From positions 288,001 to 352,000 of the forward strand of contig JACPJW010000001.1 of the NCBI GenBank assembly GCA_016187335.1: a DNA stretch of 64,000 nucleotides. The letters are read 5' to 3'. This stretch comes from Candidatus Aenigmatarchaeota archaeon. GTDB lineage: Archaea > Aenigmatarchaeota > Aenigmatarchaeia > GW2011-AR5. Below the pieces are notes generated by a model. That model was not told the origin of the DNA and did not search any database. It saw only the letters and a program-made list of their open reading frames with translations. Below, one piece after another: positions 26,634-36,872 of this stretch (position 1 is its first letter; the number at the start of each line of letters is the position of its first letter). The position numbers and the translations under genes are program-made.

Positions 26634-27758
26634 TTACACCGAAACTTTTTTATAGAAAGCCTGCCTTGTCTTCCTGAAATCAACTTCCTTTCTGGCTTTC
26701 ATGGAGTTTTCCTTGAGTTTTTTGTATAGCTTTTTGTCGTCAATTATTTTGACTATAGCGTCAGCCATGTCATGCTCATTTGGCTCTACAAGAATTCCGG
26801 AGCCGAACGACTTGACAACATCAGCATGCTGGCCGGTATTTGTTATCAGAATCGGGTTCCCGCACGCCATGTACTCAAAGGGCTTGATGGACAGTGTTTC
26901 CTTAAGGATAGGGTCGTCCCTGAACGGGACAACGGTCAGGTCAGATCCTTTCAGATATTCTATGGCTTTGTCGTGGTTTATGTAGCCTGTAATATGAATG
27001 TTTTTGTCGTTGCCGGCAAGCCCTCTTATGGATGCTTCTTGCGACCCTCCCCCTAAAAGCAGCAGCCTGGATTTTCTTTTTTTCTCGACTTTTTTGAATG
27101 CCTTTACGAGCATGTCAACGCCGCGCCAGGGGTCAAAAGACCCGAAGTAAGCGATTGTGAATTCTTTCCACATCCTTTTGGGCTTTATTTTTTCTATCGA
27201 AGCCAGGTCGGCGCCGTTCATGGCGAGAAATACGTTTTCATTATAGCGGGAATATTCTTTTTTGAGGTGCTCAGAGACGACAAAAACAGAATCGGCCGTT
27301 CTTACCGCCATTATTTCCAGGTATCGTGAAAACATCCAGTATAAGCCTATTAAGGGCGATTTTCTTTTCTGGTAAGTATGGTATAAAGCTGTCTGAGGGT
27401 CTACGCATACCACGTATACCTTTTTCCCGAACAGCTTCAGGAATGGCATCGTAAGCGCTGTAAAAAATGTCGGCGTCATGAAAATTATGAGGTCCTGCAA
27501 AAGCAAAAGCGGCAGTAAAAGAAATAGCGTGAAAGTGTAAACTAGGTGGTCGGCAGGGCCGACTTCTGTTATTTTCCTGCCTCTCAAAGGGAAGGGTATG
27601 ATAATCTTCCTGACATGCGCGTCGCTGTAGGAAGTATAGGACTTTATGGACATCCTTTTCCCTTTCCTGAAAAGCATTACAGTTACCTTGCCTTCCAGCG
27701 GCCCGAGCCACTCGTTAACGTAATCCGATTCATGCACGCCAAATATTCTCTTTTTCAT
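26634..27758 (-). CDS. Glycosyltransferase family 4
   Basis: YFGSFDPWRG, SIKPFEYMACGNP. Confidence 0.87.
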   Translation of the reverse strand: MKKRIFGVHESDYVNEWLGPLEGKVTVMLFRKGKRMSIKSYTSYSDAHVRKIIIPFPLRGRKITEVGPADHLVYTFTLFLLLPLLLLQDLIIFMTPTFFTALTMPFLKLFGKKVYVVCVDPQTALYHTYQKRKSPLIGLYWMFSRYLEIMAVRTADSVFVVSEHLKKEYSRYNENVFLAMNGADLASIEKIKPKRMWKEFTIAYFGSFDPWRGVDMLVKAFKKVEKKRKSRLLLLGGGSQEASIRGLAGNDKNIHITGYINHDKAIEYLKGSDLTVVPFRDDPILKETLSIKPFEYMACGNPILITNTGQHADVVKSFGSGILVEPNEHDMADAIVKIIDDKKLYKKLKENSMKARKEVDFRKTRQAFYKKVSV

Positions 27759-28933
27759 TTCAAACGCCCCGCACCTATGCGGTCATACATTTTTTCGTAT
27801 TCTTTCATTATTTTTTTAATTTCAAACGCCCTTGACCGCTTCAGTGATTTTTGAGCCATCTTCTTTCTTGTCTTTTCATCTTCAAGAAGGAGAATTACCT
27901 TGCCTGCAATATCTTTGAAATCCTTGGGCCTTGCAAGCATTCCATTATCGCCTACAATCTCCCTTAAAACATCCATATCCGTTGTTATTACGGGCAGTCC
28001 TGATGACATTGCCTCTGCTATGACCATTCCAAAGGACTCCCGGAGGGTTGGGAAGCAGAATATGTCCGAAGAAGCGTAGGCTGACGAGAGGCTTTCCTCG
28101 CTCAGGCCGCCCGTGAAGACGACGTTTTTCTGCAGGCCCAGCTCCTTGACCAATTCAAGCCACCTGTTCATGGCATCGTATTCAAAGCTGCCCGGTCCTA
28201 CGACAAGAAATTTGACTTCGGGGTGTTTTTTCCTGACGATGCTTGCCGCCCTGAGAAGGTATTCCACGCCTTTGTTGGGAATTAGTTTCCCTACAAAAAT
28301 AACTTTCGGCGGGCCTTTTTTTTCTTCCTTTTTCGGGGAGAATTTTCTGTTATCGACAAAGTTGTATATTCTCTGTATTTTCCGCGGATCCATCCCGGTT
28401 CTTCTTATTATGTTTTTTCTCATCGTATCCGAAACTGTCGTGACAAAATCCGACCTTTTCATGACAAAGCTTTCAATGGCAAGTATTACCCCGTTGAACA
28501 GGTCCATTTCCTTTTCCGGGACATTCCATGCGGGGTTGTGGCATGTGTAGACCAGTTTGCTGCCTGAAGGAAGAAGGAATTTCGCCGTTGCTATGGGCAG
28601 CGCGGAAAACACGGTGTGTGCATGGACTATATCGCACCTGTTCTTGCTGTTTATTTTCCTTATCTCCCTGACCGCGCGGGCGCCGAAAACAAGTTCCGTC
28701 AGCCTGAGAAGGAAAACGTTGCCGAATTTTGGCACCTTGTACCTCAGGTAAACCGCCCCGTCAACGATTTCCTTTTCTTTGCTGCTGCTTTCCTTTCTGT
28801 CCAGAACATAAACATCGAACTTGTTTTTCGGCATGAACCTTGAAATCTCGTAAATTATGATTTCCGTGGCGCCGCCTCTTTTCGGCGGTATCGGGACTAC
28901 TCCGGAGCCTATCATGACAACTGTTTTTTTCAT
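27755..28933 (-). CDS. Glycosyltransferase family 4
   Basis: PPKRGGATE, FVGKLIPNKG, ESFGMVIAEAMSSG. Confidence 0.9.
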   Translation of the reverse strand: MKKTVVMIGSGVVPIPPKRGGATEIIIYEISRFMPKNKFDVYVLDRKESSSKEKEIVDGAVYLRYKVPKFGNVFLLRLTELVFGARAVREIRKINSKNRCDIVHAHTVFSALPIATAKFLLPSGSKLVYTCHNPAWNVPEKEMDLFNGVILAIESFVMKRSDFVTTVSDTMRKNIIRRTGMDPRKIQRIYNFVDNRKFSPKKEEKKGPPKVIFVGKLIPNKGVEYLLRAASIVRKKHPEVKFLVVGPGSFEYDAMNRWLELVKELGLQKNVVFTGGLSEESLSSAYASSDIFCFPTLRESFGMVIAEAMSSGLPVITTDMDVLREIVGDNGMLARPKDFKDIAGKVILLLEDEKTRKKMAQKSLKRSRAFEIKKIMKEYEKMYDRIGAGRLK

Positions 28934-30090
28934 CGCATCACGCTCTCGTACACTTCAATATATTTCTTTGCGACGTTTTTCCAGTCGTATTGAGCTGCTT
29001 TTTTCAGGTTGTTCTCCCTTATTCTGCCGGCCGTTTTCCTGCTTTCCAGCAATTCTATGCATGCCTTTGCCACGGCTTTGCTGTCCTTTGGTTTGACCAA
29101 GAAGCCGTTTTTCCTGTTCCCGATAATTTCCTTGTTGCCGGCAACGTCCGTTGTCACGACGGGCAGGCCGGATGCCATGGCTTCAATAAGGGTGATGCCG
29201 AATCCCTCATACAATGTCGGGAAAACAAACAAGTCCGACGACTTCAGCGCGCCTATTTTTGCTTCTTCAGGCAGAAACCCCAGAAATCTGGCGTTGTTTT
29301 CTATGCCGAGATTCCTGCATTTGTCCTCCAGATCCTTGTTCTGCCTGTAGCCTATGAAAACCGCCTTTGCTTCAGGGAATTTATCCAGTATTTCCGGCAT
29401 CGCTTCAAGAAAATATTTCCACCCCTTCCGGCGCGTAGGCTGGCCGACAAAAAGGAGTATCTTGCCCTCTATATCCATCTTTTTGAAATAGTTTTTTCCG
29501 GCCTTCCTGTATTTTTCAAGGATTATTCCGTTTGGTACAACGGATATTTTGCCGGCATTTACGCCAAGCTTTATCAGTTCTGCCTTTTCCCATTCTGTCA
29601 GGGCAGTTATTTTGTCCGCCTGCAAAGGCAGATGTGCTAGCCAGTTTGCCGTGCGCCACGGGGATAAAAACGGGAAGCCTGCCTGTATATTTCCATTTAT
29701 TCCCGCGGAAAACGGGTCCTCTGTGTCCATTACAATATAGGGGTCGTGGAAAATGCCGTGGACAGTGAAAACCGTCGGTATGTTTTTTATTTTTTTTCTT
29801 ATAGTTGCGTAGCTCGATATAGGGGCCAGATGCCCGAGATGGTGCATGTGCACAAGGTCAAAATCCCTGCCGAGCATGTACAGGAGCGACGAGGGCAGGA
29901 CGGGGCTGAACCGCCTGACTTTTATGCCCTCGATTGTCTCTTCTGAAAGGGCATCATGCTTCTTCATCACGGAAGATGATGATATAACAGTGACATCGTG
30001 TCCCTTTCTGACAAGCTCTCTTGCAAGCCCGTATTCCGGAGTGTTCAAGTTCCTTATGACGCCCCCGCCTGAGGTCATCAGAATTTTCAT
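28930..30090 (-). CDS. Glycosyltransferase family 4
   Basis: FVGQPTRRKG, EGFGITLIEAMASG. Confidence 0.9.
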   Translation of the reverse strand: MKILMTSGGGVIRNLNTPEYGLARELVRKGHDVTVISSSSVMKKHDALSEETIEGIKVRRFSPVLPSSLLYMLGRDFDLVHMHHLGHLAPISSYATIRKKIKNIPTVFTVHGIFHDPYIVMDTEDPFSAGINGNIQAGFPFLSPWRTANWLAHLPLQADKITALTEWEKAELIKLGVNAGKISVVPNGIILEKYRKAGKNYFKKMDIEGKILLFVGQPTRRKGWKYFLEAMPEILDKFPEAKAVFIGYRQNKDLEDKCRNLGIENNARFLGFLPEEAKIGALKSSDLFVFPTLYEGFGITLIEAMASGLPVVTTDVAGNKEIIGNRKNGFLVKPKDSKAVAKACIELLESRKTAGRIRENNLKKAAQYDWKNVAKKYIEVYESVMR

Positions 30091-30141
30091 AGAAATAGTT
30101 TCAGGGCAAGACTTAAATCCTGTTTAAATGATGTTTTCTTT

Positions 30142-30714
30142 ATGAATTTGTTCAGCACGCTTGTCAAGCCTTTGTGCCTCTGCAAGGCCAAGAAAATAGG
30201 AAAGCACTGCGGCCCTTACGTTAATGGAAGGGTTCTTGACGTGGGATCCGGCCGCTGCCTTATAGCAAAGGAGTTGCAGGAAAACTACAATGTCAGGATG
30301 ACCTGCATTGATGTTGATGACCTGAACGAAACCAGCCTGCCGCTGATTGTTTACGACGGCAAAAAAATACCCTTCGGCGGCGGCAGGTTCGATACAGTCC
30401 TGCTTGTGTACGTCCTCCACCACTGCGAAGACCCTGTTGCCGTTCTCAAAGAATGCAGGCGTGTCTGCAAAAACGGCGGGAAAATAATAATCTTTGAGGA
30501 TTTTGGTTTCATCTGGCTTACTTATTTTATGGACATTGTAGCAAACAGGCTCCATAACGTTGCAACGCCGCTTAACTTCAGGAGCAGGAAAGAATGGGAA
30601 AAAACGTTCAGAAGGCTCGGTTTCAGCCTGATTTATTCAGAAGACGGCGTGGAAAAACAGGTCTTCTATCCTTTTGTTGAGCATACGATGTTCGTGCTGA
30701 GGGTGAGGAAATGA
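30142..30714 (+). CDS. Class I SAM-dependent methyltransferase
   Basis: VLDVGSG, YVLHH. Confidence 0.87.
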   Translation: MNLFSTLVKPLCLCKAKKIGKHCGPYVNGRVLDVGSGRCLIAKELQENYNVRMTCIDVDDLNETSLPLIVYDGKKIPFGGGRFDTVLLVYVLHHCEDPVAVLKECRRVCKNGGKIIIFEDFGFIWLTYFMDIVANRLHNVATPLNFRSRKEWEKTFRRLGFSLIYSEDGVEKQVFYPFVEHTMFVLRVRK

Positions 30715-32534
30715 AATTTAAAGTCCGGAACTATCTGCCGGAAAACAAATTTCTCATATTGCTGATTATAGTTCTTTCATTAACAGGACCTGCCCATTAC
30801 GCCTTAAACTATTTCTTTCCTCCGGAAGGTACTGTCTTTGTCGGCTATACCGATGATGCTTACATGCTGACACTGATGAAATCTTGGGGAAATGATTTTA
30901 ACGACCCGTGGAGCTTTGACGGAGGGAAAGTATGGCATAATCCTCTTATAGGCTCCACGTATTTGTTCCTGATTCTTGGCCTGATCCCCTGGCTGCTTAA
31001 AATAAACTTGTATGTAGCCTTCGTTTTCTTCAAATTTCTTTTTGCCCTCATCTATTACATTGTTGTTTACAACCTGATTTCCGTTTTTGTGAAAGACACG
31101 AATAGGAGGAATATTGCCTTTGTTTTGTTTGCCCTCTCAGCAGGCATCGGTGGAATAATTTATATCTTGGCAAGATTGATTTTCGGCCCGACAGAATATT
31201 TAGGTTTGATAGGCTATGCTTTTACCAGAGAGTTTGACGAACTCGGGGCAGTTGCGCATTCGCTGACCCATGTATTCAGGCTTTATTATGTTATTCCTGA
31301 GACGACAGCTTACCTTTCGCTGCTGTTTTTTATTAATAACAGAAAGCTGATTTCAGGCTTCTTTCTCGGGCTTACATTCCTTTTGTATCCCATGCATGCC
31401 GTCTCTATGGCGATTGTGCTGCTCTTGTACGTTGTAATAAAAAATGGTTTCCGGGTCAAAGAAACTTTGCAGCAGTTATGGCCGGTTTATGGCATGGCCG
31501 CGCCGTTTGGTTTTGCATGGATAATACCCAGCCTGCAGAGGCCTTACTATTACGAGGCAACGAAGCTGGCATATGAAAATGTCCCGACATTAAACATAGC
31601 AGTAAGCTTTTTCTTTTCCCTGATGCTGGCAGCTTACTATTTTTATAAAAACCGTCCGGGGATATTTCCAAACAAGTTTTCTATCGGAATTCTTGCTGGT
31701 CTTCTGGTTTTGTTCTCGGTTGAGAACATGTACAAATATGTTTTATTTGCAGAAACTGCAGGCAATCCTTTTTTCAAGAACTTCATATCAGGCTTGGGTA
31801 TAAAATGGATTTTTGACGGCGCCTATAGTTACTCGTTTATCATAGAAATTTTGATGCTTGCAGCGGCGGTGGCCGTGGTATTTCAGCTGATAAAATCAAA
31901 ACTGGGTTTTGAAGCGAAATTTTTCGCTTCCTGGGCCGTTTCGTTCGTAGTCTTGTCGGGACTGGCTCCGCAAAACTTTGGTTACATCCTGAATCCCCTT
32001 CGTTTCGGGCCTTATCTCTTGTTCCCGTTGTCTATGCTTGCTCTTTACGGGCTGCTGGAATTATCGAAGAACGTGAAAATAAACTTTTTCAGAAACCCTT
32101 TGATTGTCCTGCTGCTCATAATTTTGCTGTCGCTGCCATCCATAGCGGGGTACAATTTATGGCTCCAGAAATCTGCCAGAACATCTGATGCGTTTTATTC
32201 AATGGATGAGTATAATGCACTTCTTTTCCTCAAAAACCAGCCGGATGGCGTTGTGTTTAGCTCGACAAGATATGGGCCCTACATTCCTTACTACACCGGA
32301 AAGTACGGGTTCATTTTCTCCGGTAGAAGGAAGCCTGAAGGCCTGTTGTCCAATGTGAACCGGGATTCAGATAATTTCTATAATGTATCTACTTCCGTTC
32401 AGCAGCGTGAAGAAATTCTTGGTGCTTACAACATAACTTATGTCATTGTCGGTCCCAATGAAAAGGGCATTGAACTGCCATCAAGCTTGGTCAGAATCAG
32501 AAGCGGAGGAGCGGAGGTTTATGCCAGATATTGA
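30711..32534 (+). CDS. Multi-pass membrane protein, putative GT-C-type glycosyltransferase
   Basis: Many TM segments; acidic TDD in the first external loop; C-terminal soluble domain with ALLFLKNQPDGVVFS...YNITYVIVG; paralog of 35106-36857. Confidence 0.6.
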   Translation: MKFKVRNYLPENKFLILLIIVLSLTGPAHYALNYFFPPEGTVFVGYTDDAYMLTLMKSWGNDFNDPWSFDGGKVWHNPLIGSTYLFLILGLIPWLLKINLYVAFVFFKFLFALIYYIVVYNLISVFVKDTNRRNIAFVLFALSAGIGGIIYILARLIFGPTEYLGLIGYAFTREFDELGAVAHSLTHVFRLYYVIPETTAYLSLLFFINNRKLISGFFLGLTFLLYPMHAVSMAIVLLLYVVIKNGFRVKETLQQLWPVYGMAAPFGFAWIIPSLQRPYYYEATKLAYENVPTLNIAVSFFFSLMLAAYYFYKNRPGIFPNKFSIGILAGLLVLFSVENMYKYVLFAETAGNPFFKNFISGLGIKWIFDGAYSYSFIIEILMLAAAVAVVFQLIKSKLGFEAKFFASWAVSFVVLSGLAPQNFGYILNPLRFGPYLLFPLSMLALYGLLELSKNVKINFFRNPLIVLLLIILLSLPSIAGYNLWLQKSARTSDAFYSMDEYNALLFLKNQPDGVVFSSTRYGPYIPYYTGKYGFIFSGRRKPEGLLSNVNRDSDNFYNVSTSVQQREEILGAYNITYVIVGPNEKGIELPSSLVRIRSGGAEVYARY

Positions 32535-32536
32535 TG

Positions 32537-33421
32537 TTATTTCAGTCGTATTTTTTTCATGATGAATTGCAAATCATGTATGTCCTTGTAAGATACGTAT
32601 TTTGAAGGCTCTCTTGTTCTGATGCAGAAAGGAAGCCCCCTGATGGCATCAAAAAGCCCCTTAAAATAAGAAGGCAGTGTTCTGTTCCTTGACGCCTTGC
32701 TGTAAAAAACCAGGGCCATGATAAAGGAGCCTAAAACAGCATCCAGCGGCTTGCCGTTCCTCCAGTAATGCCATATGGAGTTTCTTGTCATGTAGTAGGT
32801 CGTGAAAGGCGTTACTCTTGTAGTGTTCTTTTTGTGAAAAACTTTCCATTCAGGATAAAATAAAATCCTGAACCCCCTGTTAAGCAGCCTCGAAGATAAA
32901 TCTGCTTCGTTGTTGTAGCCGAAAAATTCTTCGCAGAATCTCATCTGCTCCCTGTGCTTATTCCTGTAAGCGAAGCATGAGCCGTGAAAATCCCTGGTGT
33001 AGCCTTCTTTCAGTGCCAAGGATTTTATCAAAGGCTCTTCTATGTCGCCGGCTATGATTATTGTTGAAGGCGGCTCTTTCTCGAATTTTTCAGCGACCCT
33101 TTTTATATGGTCCTTGCCGACCAGAACATCCTGATCCAGGGCGGCAACGTAATCTATGTTTTCTGACACAGACGAAAACGCTTTATTGTATCCGGCAGCA
33201 TATCCGTAGTTTTTATTCAGCTGGATGAAGCGCACAAACGGGAATTCCTTTTTTATCATTTCTTCGGTGCCGTCAGAGGAGGCATTGTCAACGACTATGA
33301 CTTCGTCCGGCTTCAGCGACTGTTTTTTAACGCAATTAAGCAGCTCTCTTAAGTCATTCTTCGCGTTCCAGCTCAGGGTTATTGAAGCTATTCTCGGCTT
33401 TCTTTTGGGTTTTGCATGCAT
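32537..33421 (-). CDS. Glycosyltransferase family 2
   Basis: VVDNASSDG, NYGYAAGYN, ALDQD, YNNEADL. Confidence 0.88.
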   Translation of the reverse strand: MHAKPKRKPRIASITLSWNAKNDLRELLNCVKKQSLKPDEVIVVDNASSDGTEEMIKKEFPFVRFIQLNKNYGYAAGYNKAFSSVSENIDYVAALDQDVLVGKDHIKRVAEKFEKEPPSTIIIAGDIEEPLIKSLALKEGYTRDFHGSCFAYRNKHREQMRFCEEFFGYNNEADLSSRLLNRGFRILFYPEWKVFHKKNTTRVTPFTTYYMTRNSIWHYWRNGKPLDAVLGSFIMALVFYSKASRNRTLPSYFKGLFDAIRGLPFCIRTREPSKYVSYKDIHDLQFIMKKIRLK

Positions 33422-33462
33422 GCAATAAATAGGAAAAATAAGGTTTAAATGCTCTGAAAAAA

Positions 33463-34314
33463 TCACGGGTTTCGTGCCATATAAACGACTCCGCCAGGCG
33501 AAATCTCGAACGAATCATGGTCGTTAGGAACGTAAACATTTACGCCTCTTTCTCTCGCTCGTTGACTATGGTAGGCAATTTCCGAGGTCGTCTTCCGCGC
33601 AGGATTATCCATATGAACAAGGGCGACGTGGGGTATTCCGGCAGAAATGCAGAAATCAACAAGTTCTTCTATTCCCTGGTGGGTTCTTGTTGATTCCCCG
33701 AAGTGGAATGCCTCGTATGCAAGGAATTTTACTCTCCCGCCGTATAGTTTCTTTGTTCCGTCTCTCAGACGGCCGTCTCCACCGATGCCGAAGGAGTAGT
33801 TTCCACAGTCGAAGAAATATGCAAGATTCGGGGCGCTGTGGTCCGTTTCAGCAGCTTCAATGTTCTTGAATCCTAGTTTTAGTGCCAGACGCCTAAAGGC
33901 TTCTTCATCCGTCGGTTTCAGGGGGATTCTTTCAACGTCCAGATATCCTTCTCCGTATTGCGGGAGAAAGTCGTAATCAGCTTGAACCCTGCTGCCTAGA
34001 TTTTCTATTGCAGTTTGTTCCCCGGCTACAATTAATTTCCTTCTTTTTGCGGCGGGTCGCAATTCATTTATTATTGCAAGCTCTTCGCCGGAAACGCCTC
34101 CGGCATGGTCCCAGTGGGTATGCGTGAGAAGAATCGCATCAGGTCTTGTGAGGAATTTTTCACGGCCGTATAATTTGCAGAATGAATCCGGGACGTTCGC
34201 GCCGCAATCAACCTGTGCGGTAGTTTTTCCGTTGTCTATCATATACGAGGTGTTTCTCCTTCCCTCGTCATCGACAAACACGCCTGTGCCTAAAAGAGTC
34301 AGTCTGACTGTCAT
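33463..34314 (-). CDS. MBL-fold hydrolase (RNase Z/phosphodiesterase-like)
   Basis: LLGTG, VDCG, LTHTHWDHAGG, DHS, YEA, LVHM. Confidence 0.8.
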   Translation of the reverse strand: MTVRLTLLGTGVFVDDEGRRNTSYMIDNGKTTAQVDCGANVPDSFCKLYGREKFLTRPDAILLTHTHWDHAGGVSGEELAIINELRPAAKRRKLIVAGEQTAIENLGSRVQADYDFLPQYGEGYLDVERIPLKPTDEEAFRRLALKLGFKNIEAAETDHSAPNLAYFFDCGNYSFGIGGDGRLRDGTKKLYGGRVKFLAYEAFHFGESTRTHQGIEELVDFCISAGIPHVALVHMDNPARKTTSEIAYHSQRARERGVNVYVPNDHDSFEISPGGVVYMARNP

Positions 34315-34418
34315 TTTCGTTGACTATCCTGAAAGGGGATTTAAAGATAATTCCTGTTGTTTTATCGTGGTTATCATAAGGCACCGCGTGAACAACTTCA
34401 TCGTAACGTGATAAAGAA

Positions 34419-35111
34419 ATGGGAAAACTGATAGTGGCTTTTGATGTCGACGGCAACTTGGTAAGATCCGTTGATGCGTATCAGGAAGTATTTTCCGAGG
34501 TAGCTGGAAATTACGGTGTTCCAAAAGAAAGGCATTATGGTCATCTTATCAGAACAACCGGAGACCCTATAGAAAAACAGTTTGGCGCCGTCATGGATTT
34601 GCCTTGTGAACATCCTCAGGTCCTTGAAGCTGTGGCAGGATGGAGAAGAATGGCGTATTCTCCGGATAAGATAGCTCCTCTTTATGGGGACGTATTGCCT
34701 TGTTTTGAAGCTCTGAAAACCGCCGGGTATCGGCTTTGTGCGACAAGCAGCATGAAACAAGACCATTTAGAAAGGACTGCCCGTGCGCACGGATTTGGTC
34801 AGTGGCTTAGTTTTTGGCTGGGGACAGACGACCGTTTAATCGATAAATCACACCACAAGCCGATGATTATAGGGCGTTTCGGTATTACACCAGCTGAATT
34901 TGAAGGCTGCTCGTATTTATCAGGCGACGGCAAGGTTGATATGAGGATAGCAAAGAGATGGGGCTCCAGAGGTGTTTTCACGGTTCGCCGGGGCTATGAA
35001 GGCAAGTCTTCCGAAGAAGTTCTTGGTCTTCTGGGAGAAGAAGGATACGAAGCGTTTGCCGTTGTTAAATCGCTGACAGAACTGCCTGATGTGATTTTTA
35101 GCGATTCATAA
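34419..35111 (+). CDS. HAD-superfamily hydrolase
   Basis: AFDVDGNL, ATSS, SGDGKVDM. Confidence 0.82.
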   Translation: MGKLIVAFDVDGNLVRSVDAYQEVFSEVAGNYGVPKERHYGHLIRTTGDPIEKQFGAVMDLPCEHPQVLEAVAGWRRMAYSPDKIAPLYGDVLPCFEALKTAGYRLCATSSMKQDHLERTARAHGFGQWLSFWLGTDDRLIDKSHHKPMIIGRFGITPAEFEGCSYLSGDGKVDMRIAKRWGSRGVFTVRRGYEGKSSEEVLGLLGEEGYEAFAVVKSLTELPDVIFSDS

Positions 35112-36857
35112 CGATGAAGTCAGCATCGCCTTGTTTACCCTGTATATCCGGGCCCCGTTGTCGTAAATCTTTTCCAGGTACGGATAAGAATCGAAATTGA
35201 TGTTTTCTCCGCTCCTTCGAAAAACGAAACCGACGTTGTTTTTTGATATGAATTCAGCCGCCCCCTGTGAGGTAGCTTTCCCTGAATAAATCTCGGCTAT
35301 CACCTCCTTCTTCTCGGCCCTGCCAGGCCCGCCGCCCTGGTATTGGGATTCCGCGGGATGGTAAAGCGCGTAATGGCCTGACCACACTGGAAGGAAGTAA
35401 TTAGTATCGTCAGAAGCCATGACGATGCCTTTTGGCTGCTTTTCCAGGAATATCATTGCGTCCTTGTCTGCCTTGTCAAAATAAGTCTGGCCTATTATCC
35501 TGTCCGCCATCTGGAACCGGTAGTTGTATGCAAGGAAAGACGTAACAGCTAAAATTCCAAGAAAGATAAAAATCGCGTTTCTGCTTATATTGTAAGATTT
35601 CGCCTTCGCGGCGAATGAGTCAAAATACAGGGCGGCGAGCATCGCAAGCGGTATGTGCAATATGTACCCCATCCTGTACTGCTGCCAGAAAGCGTATTTC
35701 GGGTTGAAAATCGACAGAGGGAAAAATGCCAGCGCGAACAACAGGGTAAATTTATGCCTTCTGTCCATGTTCGATTCAAGGACAAACCACGCGACGGCAA
35801 AAAGAGACAGGAGCATGATTTCCGTTACGTCCACGGCAAGCGTGGGGAGGTTTATTGAATTGAAAGGCGGCACTGAAAGCGATTTTAGTTCGGAAACCAT
35901 CAGTATTGTTGAAAGGACGCCGGCAATTCCCGCTATCTTCCAGTGCTTTTTCAGCAGTTCAGTGTTCGCAAGGAAAATTATGAGCAGCAGGAAGAAATAG
36001 CTGCCTGCTATCCCTACCAGATGCGCCCTCCACCAGAGGCTGTTCTGGCTGTAAAGGGTGAAGTATTCCGGGTGGCTGAACCTTGCGTAGAGCCACGGTA
36101 CGAGAAATGCTGACGCTATCAGGCACGGCTTCCACGCCTCGTCAAAGGATTTTTTCGCCTTTTCGCTTATCGAACCGTTCTTTCCTGAAATGCTGTAGAG
36201 GAGTAGGAGTCCGGCAAAAGCAAATCCGAAGAACGGGTAGAAAAAGAAAGTCGCGCCTAAAGCCAGTGCCGCTTCCGTTTTCCTGCCCTTGCTGAAAAGT
36301 AAAAGCGAAACCAGGCCTGTTATAAGGGGCAGGTAATAGTAGACGCGGGAGATGTTGCTCAGTATGGAAAATTCAAAGCTGAATCCCTCCGCAAATCTTT
36401 CGATGCCTGTAAAAATATAAACAGCGTACCCGAAAGTCATAAGGCCAAGGGGCAGCAGGAAAAATACAAACGCAAGCTCATGATTCCTAGGCATAAGGGC
36501 TTCCATTGTTTTGAACAGGACAGCAAGGAATATGATAAAGAGGACGAATTTTGCAATTATGTTCATGAGAAGTGCGTCTATTCCAAGGAGCATGCGCAAA
36601 TAGCCTAAAGGTATGTAAGCGTAGGGCGATGCGAGTGCGCCATTGAAAAACACCTTCTCTCCCGGAGACCACGGGTTGTCAAAGCCGTATTCAGGCGAGC
36701 GCATAATGCCCATCACCAGTGCTTCATCACTGTCATAGGCCATGAACGTCTTGCCGGGCGGCGGGTAATTTATCAGAAGGAAGTAATGCAAAGGCTCTAT
36801 GAGCGCGGCAACCAGGATTACGACAAGCCATTTCTTGTCAATGAAGCGTGTTTTCAT
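35106..36857 (-). CDS. Multi-pass membrane protein, putative GT-C-type glycosyltransferase
   Basis: DSDE in the first loop, many TM segments, C-terminal AMIFLEKQPKGIVMAS...NNVGFVF; paralog of 30711-32534. Confidence 0.6.
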   Translation of the reverse strand: MKTRFIDKKWLVVILVAALIEPLHYFLLINYPPPGKTFMAYDSDEALVMGIMRSPEYGFDNPWSPGEKVFFNGALASPYAYIPLGYLRMLLGIDALLMNIIAKFVLFIIFLAVLFKTMEALMPRNHELAFVFFLLPLGLMTFGYAVYIFTGIERFAEGFSFEFSILSNISRVYYYLPLITGLVSLLLFSKGRKTEAALALGATFFFYPFFGFAFAGLLLLYSISGKNGSISEKAKKSFDEAWKPCLIASAFLVPWLYARFSHPEYFTLYSQNSLWWRAHLVGIAGSYFFLLLIIFLANTELLKKHWKIAGIAGVLSTILMVSELKSLSVPPFNSINLPTLAVDVTEIMLLSLFAVAWFVLESNMDRRHKFTLLFALAFFPLSIFNPKYAFWQQYRMGYILHIPLAMLAALYFDSFAAKAKSYNISRNAIFIFLGILAVTSFLAYNYRFQMADRIIGQTYFDKADKDAMIFLEKQPKGIVMASDDTNYFLPVWSGHYALYHPAESQYQGGGPGRAEKKEVIAEIYSGKATSQGAAEFISKNNVGFVFRRSGENINFDSYPYLEKIYDNGARIYRVNKAMLTSSL

Positions 36858-36872
36858 CTGTATCCCCGCAAG

